A stretch of DNA of 64,000 nucleotides from contig CM074814.1 of NCBI GenBank assembly GCA_037447605.1, forward strand, positions 682,001 to 746,000. Direction: 5' to 3'. The notes under the pieces were generated by a model that saw nothing but the letters and a program-made list of their open reading frames with translations, ran no database searches and was not told the DNA's origin. A program made the position numbers and the translations under genes. Source of the stretch: Zygnema circumcarinatum SAG 698-1b. Its lineage: Eukaryota > Plantae > Zygnematophyceae. Of this stretch, positions 1 through 10,410 are shown piece by piece (within the stretch, counting starts at the first letter, position 1; each line of letters starts with the position of its first letter).

Positions 1-471
1 ACTTTCGTCCTTTCCTCCGCCCAGCGCCAATCGCAGGTCTCCCTCTCCCTCTCCCTCCCTCTCCCAGAGCCTCCGTCTGCCGCCCATGGCAGAGAGAGAG
101 AGAGAGAGGATAGAGAGTGCGGGGTGTTCGAGGTCTATATGTAGGTGGATAGTTCCTTGACAGCTGCCTTTCTTATTTTATGGTGAGGAGAGGAGAGGCT
201 GCACGTAGGCGGTAGTGAAAAAATGTGTTTCTGGAATGTAAAGGTCGCGGCTAGTGCATTCATTTTTATATTAACGGAGTGAGAAGCTTAATATTTTTTA
301 CACTAATTGTTTTGCTACTAATTGTTGATGCAACGCCCTCCGTTGGTGCCGCTGAAGCAGCACTCTCTCTGGGTGGCGTTACCACTTGTCCCACACCCTC
401 GGTGGGACTTAACATCTGCTATGATTCGCTCACTCACATTCACAAGATGTGGACACAAGGAACACACTCAG

Positions 472-838
472 TGTAAGAGAACAACTCAGTGGAAATTAGA
501 AAATGTACGGAGAAAGCCTCTAGCCCTAAAAATCCTTAAGATAAAAAATGAATACAACTTGACAACCCTAGAACCAAGCTTCAACCACCTCTATCCCAAG
601 CTGCGTGAATACACCACCCCACTACAAGCCCAACACTTCCCACTATCTTCTGGGCCCAAAGTAAGATATCCTCACTGCACTGCGAGTCACGAGAAGGTCA
701 ACCTTCTCCAGAACCGCTCCCCTTATATAGGAGAAAGGGGAGATTGATGGAGAAATGGCATTGAACTCACGATGGCGAGGCCATCAAAATGTTCACGGAC
801 AAAAGCAGCATGGGGAACCACGAGGAACTCACCTTACA
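472..838 (-). mobile_element. Solo-LTR-like element (367 bp)
   Basis: Ends are TGTAAG (472) and CTTACA (838), a TG..CA terminal inverted repeat. The minus strand carries CCTATATAAG (TATA-like, ~722-731) and TTGTATTCA. I found no target-site duplication, PBS or PPT. Confidence 0.45.
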
Positions 839-1186
839 CAGGTACGAGTCTGTGACGTGACACTGTCATGTTGACCGTACGCAACCTACGCGACCTATCC
901 TCTGCCCGGCCGTACAGTCTGCCGCCCGGCTGTGCATGTTCCGCCCCCTGGGCCCTGGCAAGTCCTGACGCGGTTGACCCAGTTGACCGCGTGACCGCGT
1001 CAGACCCGCTGAACCACTAAAGGTGCACGTGGCGCCACCGCATTCGCATGTCGACATTCTGAAAAATTCACCTGCGCCGACATCAAACTTGGCGCGCCGT
1101 GCATAGTACGGACGCACGGTCGTGTGACGGCAAAGCCGCGGAGGGGTCGTCGGCCGCCCAGCCCTCCACCTCTGTTCCTTGAGGCC

Positions 1187-1813
1187 ATGGCTGCCGCGGA
1201 CGAGGCGGAGGTGGGGCGAGCTCTTCGTGGTGACATTCAGGAGCGTACGCGAAACGTTCGGCCTGCATGGGAAGGCGTACGCGTGTTCCGGGAAAAGGGA
1301 GAATCAATCTGCACACAAGCCATGAACTTTTGGCTTCTGGCAAGGGATCTCCGAGTTAAGACTCTTGCTCGCAATAGGATGGAGCTCTTCGACCCATACA
1401 TTGAAAAGCTCGATCGTGCCATTAATATCGCAGGTGAATGCAGGATGAGAGAAAACTTCTGGACCTGGCTCTTCAACAATAAGCGTGAGGTGTCCAATAT
1501 ACTCGATGACATCCTTGCGAAGATGACTGGTTACCACACTGCTCTTATACAATTACAGAGGGAGGCAAGATGTTGCGTATCACTTGAGTATGTGACGGAC
1601 TTCCTGAAAGCCTGCACTTCATGTTTGGTCGCCCTCACCAACTGTTTGAGGCCGTTTACGCCTCAACAGTCTGCCCTTATTGCCCTTGCCGGTGCTTCCC
1701 TAGCTTCGGAGACTGAACGGTTTGTGGAGGATCAGGCAATGACGCTTGAAGAGGTGAAGTCTGAACCCCTGCTCTGGAAGATTCCAGAGGCATTCAGAAG
1801 CTTATGGTTCTAG
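1187..1813 (+). CDS. Four-helix-bundle protein, MLKL-NTD/RPW8/MCAfunc-like (208 aa ORF; a further exon near 2091-2232 is possible)
   Basis: ATG in gccATGG context. The amphipathic pattern 'VRVFREKGESI...KLDRAINIAGECRMRENFWTWLF...ILDDIL' resembles MLKL_NTD/RPW8-type helical bundles (recognised by eye, not by search). Confidence 0.5.
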   Translation: MAAADEAEVGRALRGDIQERTRNVRPAWEGVRVFREKGESICTQAMNFWLLARDLRVKTLARNRMELFDPYIEKLDRAINIAGECRMRENFWTWLFNNKREVSNILDDILAKMTGYHTALIQLQREARCCVSLEYVTDFLKACTSCLVALTNCLRPFTPQQSALIALAGASLASETERFVEDQAMTLEEVKSEPLLWKIPEAFRSLWF

Positions 1814-2462
1814 AATCCTACATTTTTTTATATCCTTAAAGTTCAGAGTTTCTTGCTGTGGGGTTGTTTGAATAATGTCCTAAGAGGCTGTAGGGCTGTA
1901 GGTTTGTATTCTAGTTAGTTTGCAGGTTGATGAGTTTCAGAGTGTTGGGACTTAGCGCTGTTCCTCTCGGTACGGTTGGTATTGCACTCGAGATTCGTAT
2001 TGTTGCGGCGTTAGTGTTTTCTTCCCCGAATTTAAGGATTTTTTTTGGGTTTCTATGGCTTTAAGAGGTTCCATGGCTTCTAGGGTTCAGCAGGTCTGCT
2101 GAGCATAATTGGTCCACGTGGCGGCAGGTGGCGGAGTGGATGGAGGAGCTCGAAAACGATCCGAACAGAGGACAAAAGGAAGAGCAAATGCTCGAAGTCC
2201 TTCGCAATCTGTACCGAGCACGTGAAACCTGAGCCCTGAGCCCGGACTCCTGAACCCCGAAACCTATAACTCTAAATTCCAAACCCTGAATGATCCCCAA
2301 ATCCCAAACTCTGGGACTCTAGAAGTCTTTCCTTTAGTGCCACAAAATCAAGGAACCCCTAGATCTTGAAAGCTTTCTTCGAGACGGGGAAGCCTTACAG
2401 TTGTTGTTGTTGGTCATGTCGTTCATTATCTGGAGATAGTGTGTGTGTGTGTATGTGTGTGT

Positions 2463-2576
<114 letters not shown>

Positions 2577-3158
2577 ACTACACTCTCTCCCCAATAGTAT
2601 AAATAAATGATAAATAAATGTAACCGTTTGTTTCTATGTTCTCCAATTTCGATATCGGCCCCATGCTCATATCTACTTGGGTTGTCTCGACATTCTTGCC
2701 TGCACTGTAGAGGCTGCAAAGCATGAAGGCACATAGGCTATGTCCACAACTGCGGTAGAGGGCATTTCCCAGACAGAATTAGATCAAAGAACACGTGGTC
2801 TTCAAGGGGAGAGAAGAGTCTGCATCCGCGTGAATGTGGATGCTGCATTTGTGTTTTGATTACATCTTATCCAACTACCAAAAAAAATCCCATACCTTTG
2901 CGTCATGGACGGGGCGTAGGCACTATACGATCCCTCTCAGAAGATGGGTGCTCCTTTCAACAACACAAATTGTTTCAAAATTTACCAGCCCACTGAGAGA
3001 TATATACACGATATCTGCGACGACTTTTTCTACAAATGCGAGCTCAAAGAAGCCTAAGCCCGACAGGAAAAACTAAGAAAACAAAAATCTGCCCTTCACT
3101 ACGCTTCGCAGCAGCCCAATTTCAAGTTCAGCTTGAGGCAAAAAACTGCAGAACGATC

Positions 3159-3980
3159 CTATAGAGGAAAGCTTGCAGGACTTGTTGGCGCATCGCCACA
3201 TAACGCAGGCTCTCCGTTCAAGCCTTCAACGTGCTTGTTTGCTCCGACCATGCAGGCTTGCCCAACATCACAAGCAGGCCATGGAGGAGTTCCAGGATGG
3301 CTGCGCAGCGTCCGCGAGCTTTCCTTCATGCAGGGCAGCAATGGCTCACACGGCAAGTCGACTGCTTGCAGAAAGAACTGACTGCCTACTAACTGCGATG
3401 GCTCTCCATGTATAGGGATGAGCCGCATCGTGCTGATGGAATCTCCTCGTCCATCTAAACCTGCAACAGGCTTCCTACTGGAGTTGACCTCTTTGTCTAT
3501 ATTTGACCTGATACCTGACAATAATGCTCGTAATCGAACAACTTCTGCTTCCAAGGCTGTCTGCGCCTGTAACCTCCGCATGAGCTGCTGATTTAGCTCT
3601 TTCTGTTCCGCTAGTTCTTCCTCCAGCTGAGCTATGTGCGCCTTTTTCCGCTCCCTGTACTTTCTGACGGCTTCTCTGTTCCCTAATTGTCTCTTTTTTC
3701 CGGTTACAGCAGTCCCTACTGCTGCCTCCCCCTCCTTTTCTGAGAGCCTCTTCTCAACAGCTGAGCCTGAGAGCTCCGGAGTTGCAACAAGATGCGTGTG
3801 TGTGTGCGAGCAGGAGTGTGTATGCGTGTTGTCCGGCCCGGGAGGATTGCAAAAATGTCGATGCGTGCAGGTATGCACGCTCGGAAATAAATCATCTAAT
3901 AAGCCAACTCCTGCGTCTCCTTTTTCATCAAAATCCAAGATGCTTCCAAACCCTAAAATCCCGTCATCGATGTCGTTCAT
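3159..3980 (-). CDS. Group-F bZIP transcription factor (bZIP19/23/24-like zinc sensor), intronless CDS
   Basis: Basic region 'GNREAVRKYRERKKAH' followed by a leucine zipper. The N-terminal Cys/His-rich motif 'CTHRHFCNPPGPDNTHTHSCSHTHTH' is diagnostic of group F. Confidence 0.93.
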   Translation of the reverse strand: MNDIDDGILGFGSILDFDEKGDAGVGLLDDLFPSVHTCTHRHFCNPPGPDNTHTHSCSHTHTHLVATPELSGSAVEKRLSEKEGEAAVGTAVTGKKRQLGNREAVRKYRERKKAHIAQLEEELAEQKELNQQLMRRLQAQTALEAEVVRLRALLSGIRSNIDKEVNSSRKPVAGLDGRGDSISTMRLIPIHGEPSQLVGSQFFLQAVDLPCEPLLPCMKESSRTLRSHPGTPPWPACDVGQACMVGANKHVEGLNGEPALCGDAPTSPASFPL

Positions 3981-4443
3981 TTTCTCAGCCTTTGTAACCG
4001 CCTGCAGCTTAAACAGGCTCCCTCTACACCATCCTCTCAGAAAAGAAGTACATATGGACGAGAGAGAGGCGAACCATTACCCATATTCCTCCTCTCAATA
4101 TGGCGATGAAGGCGGTTCAGAAAGAGTCTAAGCGTCCTAAAAACGAGTGATGCAGGGCAGGGGGGGAAGCGCAGGCAGCGCGACCTGTTCCCTGTCGCCA
4201 GTTCTGCCAAACGCTTAACAGAACGCTCACATGTATCATGTGAGCATGGAACATGCTAAATATCGGTGCAGCCAATCACGACCAAGATTTTTTCTTACGC
4301 CTGCTAGCCATTAGCTATAACTAAATAGCTAACCAACCATCGCCGTGGCCCATTCTAAAAATGGAAAACACAAGTATGAAAACATTCATATTCCGCCGCC
4401 CCCTCCGCGCGCAAATTTGAAAAAAGGAACTTCCTTTTTTGGA

Positions 4444-4647
4444 TGTGCCGCACATCGATCGGTGACCTTCGCGGCTGCTTCGAGGGAGGGCGGGCTTGAA
4501 GCGGTGTTGCGCCGAGGCGTAGTTTTCCGCTCCTCGCTTTTTTCCTTTAAGTAGGGTCCTTTGCGACCAGTTCCTCGTGGTTCCCCATGCTGCTGATTTT
4601 GTCCATGTACATTTGACGGCAACATCGCCATCGTGAGATCAATGCCA
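4444..4647 (+). mobile_element. Full-length copy of a ~200-bp dispersed repeat (TGTG..CAATGCCA)
   Basis: Aligns by eye with 13533-13716 from TGTG(C/A)CGCACATC to GAGATCAATGCCA. Partial copies at 756-829 (-), 9429-9451 (-), ~52340-52480, ~52517-52560 (-), ~55493-55519 and ~61793-61838. Confidence 0.75.
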
Positions 4648-5058
4648 TTTTCTCCCCAACAAATTCCTAGACATAATGCAAATGCACGCCATTGAAGAAA
4701 GCTGACGAAAATGCAAATCAAAATCCGCATCCACCCTCGGTACAGCCGCAGCTGCTGCTGACTTGTTGGACCCATTCAATGATAGCCATAGGAAAAGGAC
4801 TCGATTCAACAAGTTCCCAACCGCGCCACATGGCCTTGTACGTGTACGGACATGTACGGACATGCCTAGCCAATGTCACAAGCCATTAGTCATCAGCCAT
4901 TAGTCGTCAGCCATTAGCCAGTGCATCTCTGCATGTACGGCGCCTCTGCAGAGTCCGAGCAGTTCAGTTTTGAAACTTGCGCCCAAAGTTGCAAACTTTT
5001 GCCGTCAGCAGTTTTTGGGCGCGGGCGGAGGCGGAGAGGGCGGGCGGAGGCGGCCTCC

Positions 5059-6131
5059 ATGGCGGCAGCGGCGGCGGTGGCGGTGCTGAGGGGGGCGGCG
5101 GGCGTGGAGGGGGAGGCGCGCTTCCTGCAGGCGGAGGTTGGCGGAGGTGGGGGGGGGGGAAGGGCATGCAGACCTAAAAACCCTAAAAACTTGATGCTTA
5201 TTCTCTCTGCCTTTCGTCATTTCTGGCTTCGTTTGTAGGGTAGGAAGCAAAGCAACATCTCCACGAAAATCATTTAGGTGGCATCAAGAGTACAGTGAGC
5301 GATATACTCAGAACGCTAACCCTACACTAACTTACATCCCAAACCACCGTTAACTCAGTAGCGCAGTTATGACAGTGTCCCGATTTGAAGCGATTTGAAT
5401 TTGGAGGGTGGCTGAGAGTGCAGTTGTCACGACTGTGCATTTGCAACTGAAGGGCTTGTCGCCAGGGAAGCATGCTTTCCATGTGGTGAGTTGTTCCGCC
5501 AGCCAATTTGCGACGGAGCAGCGTGGTTGCTTGTGCAGCCTGCTTGCGGCAACTCTTTGTTTGCCTAAAAACTGGAGCTTTTAGGGCGCACAACGAATCC
5601 AATTTTGGAGGTGGTGCATGATACAGCATGAATTTGGAGATACGACAAACGGATGTATGTCAACAGGTGCGTATCTGGTAGGTCAGGCCATCATAATTTT
5701 GATGCTTATCGTTGTAAGGGAGGGAGACGGAGAGGGAGCAGGAAAGGGGGACAAGGAGGGGAAGGGGGAGGGGGAGGGGCAAAAGAATGCTTAGGCTTAG
5801 GCACAAGAAATGACCTTTTCACTCAGAGGATCTGTGAGCTAATCTATGATCTCGCGGGTAAAGTACTCATAGCAATAGACTTAGCTTTATGCTCTTCCCA
5901 ATTTTATGTGTGAGTTCTGACTTAGTTATTCAGACTGTTGTGAATCTGGCAAGAAAGGAAGGAAGCTAGCATCCAAAAAAATGCAAATGCTTTATGGGTT
6001 TCCTTGAACCGATTTCAGGTAGTGTGAACAGGGCCCCATTTTAACCCTCGAAAATGTACACATGGCGCACCGGAAGACACTGTCCGCCATGCCGGTGATC
6101 TTGGAAATGTGACAGCTGACGCGGATGGTAA

Positions 6132-6198
<67 letters not shown>

Positions 6199-7376
6199 CC
6201 CCCCCCTTCCTCTTCCTCCCACTCTCCCCTTCTCGTCCTTGTCAACCTTTCATCCTCTTGCTCAGGGAAAACTCACCTTCTTTTTCCGTAAGTACTTTTT
6301 TAAGGGACTATAACACTAATCTAAAGGAAGGCATGTGAAATCTTACCACTTAGGCTTTGCGAGTTCATTTTTTTGGGTTTATCCCATTGTCTCCTCTCTT
6401 CGCCAGGGTCAATCCTAAATTTGAATTTACGCTTGGAGCATTGATGGTCTTCATCTTGGGGGGGGGTCGGACTTATTTTGGGCAGGTATCGTGAAAGTTA
6501 TATTGAGTGATTCACAGGTAACTTTAACTTTTCCCTCGCCGCCTCCTCCTCTTTGGACTCCCCCGTCCATCCTCTGTCCTTTTTATTCTGTAGCTTCGAC
6601 CTCCTTAATTTGATAAACACATAATAGCTGCCCTATTCTCATCATTAATATTACTGGAACTGTACTTGTCGAGTCTTATCTGTACATCCATTTCTTTTCT
6701 CTCTGCTGTCTTCTCTTCCACTCCTTCCTCCTCCTTGGGTCCTCTGAAACTTTTTTTGTAGTATGAATGACTTTTTTTGCGGTTCCCAGTAGCGGCTATT
6801 GTTGCGTGTTGTTTGTTGGCCTTTGGGGGACACCGGGGTAATGAAATTGATATCGCTTTTTAGTTCTTTTGGGTGCATAGATTCCGTTATGGGGAGCGGA
6901 CTCCGTCGTGGGACGGGCTGTAGTTGTGCACGAAACAGAGGACGACCTTGGAAAAGGTGAGAGTGGGAGTGGGAGTGGGAGTGGGAGTGGGAGTGGGAGT
7001 GGGAGTGGGAGTGGGAGTGGGAGTGGGAGTGGGAGTGGGAGTGGGAGTGGGAGTGGGAGTGGTGAGTCATCATAAAACAGATGCGCTGTCTTATAAAAAG
7101 AGGCCTTACGAATTGAAGGTCAATCTCACGTCCTCCATTTACTTACCAACTTATGGAGCTATTTCTGCATGCAGGAGGCCATGCCCTAAGTCTCACAACT
7201 GGCAATGCAGGCGGCCGCATAGCCTGTGGTAAGTGCCGCTCTCAGCTGCACATCATCTGATGCACATGAGGTGATGTAGTCAATGCTCAGCTGTGATGTT
7301 GGCCGTGCATGACAAACTACGTGATTTTGCAGGCATTATTGGACTCTGTCCTCCGCAACTTGCTGGAAAACTGTGA
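5059..7376 (+). CDS. Cu/Zn superoxide dismutase, CSD3-like (C-terminal extension ending ...AGKL)
   Basis: Exons 5059-5146, 5424-5485, 5627-5666, 6032-6127, 6486-6517, 6881-6956, 7175-7228, 7333-7376; all GT-AG and phase-consistent. Motifs [41 protein letters not shown] and [13 protein letters not shown] are present. Confidence 0.95.
6135..6196. repeat. (CT)n microsatellite in SOD intron 4
   Basis: Perfect dinucleotide run. Confidence 0.97.
6961..7060. repeat. (GGGAGT)n hexamer repeat at the start of SOD intron 6
   Basis: About 17 perfect units directly after the GT donor. Confidence 0.97.
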
Positions 7377-8075
7377 ACACAAGATCCATGGAACGGAGCA
7401 TTGCAATGGAACAATTCGAGTGGTAGTTCACGAGGGAGTGAGGGAGAGAGAGAGAGAGAGTGGGATTGATAGCCCGGAAGGGACACGCAAGGCTAAACCG
7501 AGTCAAGAGGGTTAAGGATGGGAATAGGAAGCAAAGCATTAAATCTCAGCCATGGCCATGCATGGTTGTATGAACCTCTGAACATCGTTTTGAGTAGGGT
7601 TGGTGGCACATGGAAATGTACATACTGTAAAAACCAATTTTTTGATCATTACAGTCAAATCCAAGGTCAACGAGCGGAGCTTATCTGAGTATTCCCTTCG
7701 CATCCTGTACTTCGCTGATTCTAATAAGAAATCAAGTTCCATGATGCCATACATTTGCTACATGTGCTGGAGTTGCGTCAGATCCAGAACTTCGATGAAG
7801 ACAGATGGTTGTATTGAAGCTATCTTTCTAGCCCCGACTCACTCCTACCATCGCTTGCTGATCTACTCTGGTGCCGAAAGCCTCTGCCTACTTTCTTCCA
7901 CTTGAACGGCTCTCTTTCTCTTCCGTTGTTACCCTACCTCTCCTAAAAATGCACAAATACAACGCAGTTCCGGAAAGGTTGCCATATGTCCACATGATCC
8001 CTCCTTCATAATCCAGCATTACTGTTTCAATGTGACTATCCCTGACTGTCATGTAGTTCCCATGCGTCTCTATGA

Positions 8076-9002
8076 TCATTGAACTTTCACAGTCCATCCA
8101 TCAAAGGCGGCCTTCCGCTTCCTGTCAAACTCTTGCCCCTTCGGAACAAACTGAACAGGAATAGAGGTCAGGCCTGAGAGTTTGAAAGCCCAGAGCCGTC
8201 TGTTGTCAAGAGACCAATAATCGGATTGGTTGCACTTCACAACCCGAATAACTGGTATATCTTTAAGACGAACACTTCCGCTGGCAAGGTCCTTCGCAAG
8301 GTCGAAAATGCTGCCAAACCCATCCTTAAAGTGAGAAGAGATTGTTGACTGAGTGAACCTGATTTTTTGAGGAGGAAGATAGTAGACACTCTTTTCTTCT
8401 TCATGTGCTTTGATGGCTTCATCAAAAGCGTCGTTCACATCCCAACTGTTAAGACCTGCAAAGTCAAAGATTGCATAGGCTCCCTTACATCCAAAAACTA
8501 CATCCCTTGCACCATGTAGTGAAACCGCCAACGAGTCATCCGGTGTGTCGCAACGTGTCTGTTTATTGCCAAGTAATAGCCACCAGTCTCCATTACTAGC
8601 TAGGGCTAACTTCTCAGGATCGATACCCTTCTGCCTGTAGGAATTAAACCTGTCCCTATGCCGTTTGCCAAGAAAATTCGCATATCCTGAAGTGAAGCGT
8701 ACAAAAAAGGTCCGATTCGGACCAAACGACACATATTTAATACCTAAGCTGACATTTTCACGAATGAGCTCGTCAAAAGCCGGCGGAGTATTCCCAAAGT
8801 AGCATTTCCCGTCCGCAAACTTGACAAACCATTCCTGCAAGGGACCAAGCGCCAGGAAAGCGACAGGCGGAAGCGCCTTGTTGCGGCTGGACAGCTTGTT
8901 GTGCAAAGGCGTCGGTAAGCCGGAAAATCTCTGACTCCCATCGCAGAAACGGATGTAGAATGAGCCTTTAGGGCCTAGAGCCACCAGCTGAACGCCTGCC
9001 AT
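8076..9002 (-). CDS. Intronless protein: ~5 beta-propeller-like repeats plus C-terminal ParB/Sulfiredoxin-like domain (paralogue 1, 308 aa)
   Basis: Repeats VALGPKGSFYIRF / LALGPLQEWFVKF / VSFGPNRTFFVRF / LALASNGDWWLLL / VVFGCKGAYAIF. The C-terminus 'IRFTQSTIS..F..G.....IPVIRVV...WSLDNRRLWAFK' is ParB-N-like. A full-length paralogue lies at 11389-12324. Confidence 0.8.
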   Translation of the reverse strand: MAGVQLVALGPKGSFYIRFCDGSQRFSGLPTPLHNKLSSRNKALPPVAFLALGPLQEWFVKFADGKCYFGNTPPAFDELIRENVSLGIKYVSFGPNRTFFVRFTSGYANFLGKRHRDRFNSYRQKGIDPEKLALASNGDWWLLLGNKQTRCDTPDDSLAVSLHGARDVVFGCKGAYAIFDFAGLNSWDVNDAFDEAIKAHEEEKSVYYLPPQKIRFTQSTISSHFKDGFGSIFDLAKDLASGSVRLKDIPVIRVVKCNQSDYWSLDNRRLWAFKLSGLTSIPVQFVPKGQEFDRKRKAAFDGWTVKVQ

Positions 9003-9059
9003 CGCCCGGCTAAAGCAAAAAACTCTCGCAAATACAGAAGCCTAAACTCTCTGCCCCCC

Positions 9060-9089
9060 TCACTCTCTCTCTCTCTCTCCCTCTCTACC

Positions 9090-9120
<31 letters not shown>

Positions 9121-9262
9121 CCCTCTCTACCTCTCTCTCTCCCTCTCTCTCGCTCTCTCTCTCTCCCCTCTCTCTGCCCACTTTCTCTCGCCTCTCTTTG
9201 CTCTCTCTGCTCTCTCGCCTCTCTCTGCTCTCTCTCCCACTCGCCTCTCTGCTCTCTCCCCC
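9060..9262. repeat. Imperfect CT-rich microsatellite upstream of paralogue 1
   Basis: Degenerate (CT)n; a similar tract lies upstream of paralogue 2 (~12365-12430, 12630-12760). Confidence 0.9.
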
Positions 9263-9560
9263 TCTCACCTGCTTCCAACTCCCTGCGGCATTGCTGCAGC
9301 GCGAGGCTGTTTACTACTGGAAAGCGGGCGGGCACAGTACAAGTCCAGCCTTTTTTCTCGAAGCACCTATCCGTCAATTCCCGAATGACCTGTCAGGTGT
9401 CGTTTCCATGTTAAAAGAGGAGAGAAAATGGCATTGATCTCACGATGGCGATGTACGGAACCAGAGACCGTACAACGTTGTTGGGACATTTAGACTCTCT
9501 AGAGGACTAAGAACTGGGCGCGGACGTGAAGCGACAAGGTTCCACAGATCGGACCATTAG

Positions 9561-9865
9561 ACAAACCAGTCGACTGGTTGGCAACCAGTGGTTGCGGACC
9601 GAAACAACCATTCGACTGGTTGCCAACCAGTGGCTCAGGACCGAAACAACCATTCGACTGGTTTGGAACCAGTGGATGCCACTGGTTCGCAACCATTCGA
9701 CTGGTTGCCAACCAGTGCCGCCGGATCTAAACAACCATTCGATTGGTTGCCAACCAGTGCTGCCGGATCGAAACAACCATTCGACTGGTTTGGAACCAGT
9801 GGCGCAGGACTGAAACAACCATTCGACTGGTTCGGAACCAGTGATCCAATGGTTGGCAACCATTG
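9561..9865. repeat. 42-bp palindromic minisatellite, array 1
   Basis: Unit AACCATTCGACTGGTTGCCAACCAGTGGTTGCGGACCGAAAC with variants, about 7 copies. Confidence 0.93.
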
Positions 9866-10091
9866 AATTTCTGAAATTATGACTTTTTGCAAAAATGGGT
9901 CGTATGTGTTTTTTGGTGGGTTGCCAACCGTTGACAACTAGTGTAACAGGCCTGATGCGTACAGATGCGTACGGATTCGTACAGCGAGTGGTACGGTTGT
10001 ACAAAGATTCTGTACGGCTGAACCGTAATAGTTTTCTCCGAAACGCCGACGGCATTTTGGTAACTGTAGCGTTCAGTTCGCTACAACTAGT

Positions 10092-10410
10092 GATTTAATG
10101 GTTGCCAACCATTTGATTTAATGGATATAACCATTCGACTGGTTGCCAACCAGTGCCGCCAGATCGAAACAACCATTCGACTGGTTGCCAACCAGTGGTT
10201 GCGGACCGAAACAACCATTCGACTGGTTGCCAACCAGTGGTTGCGGACCGAAACAACCATTCGACTGGTTGCCAACCAGTGGTTGCGGACCGAAACAACC
10301 ATTCGACTGGTTGCCAACCAGTGGCATCCACTGGTTCCAAACCAGTCGACTGGTTGCCAACCAGTAGACGTCCAACCATTGCCATCCAATGGTTGTCCAA
10401 TGGTTGCCGA
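10092..10410. repeat. 42-bp palindromic minisatellite, array 2
   Basis: Same unit, with several perfect copies (10170-10320). Confidence 0.93.

Noticed and set aside
4444-4647. tRNA-derived SINE or tRNA gene
   Set aside because: No recognisable A/B boxes, cloverleaf or poly(A) tail. I found no tRNA or rRNA anywhere in the window.
9561-10410. CRISPR array
   Set aside because: The 'spacers' are ~16-bp variants of one another rather than unique sequences, there are no cas genes, and the context is eukaryotic. It is a minisatellite.
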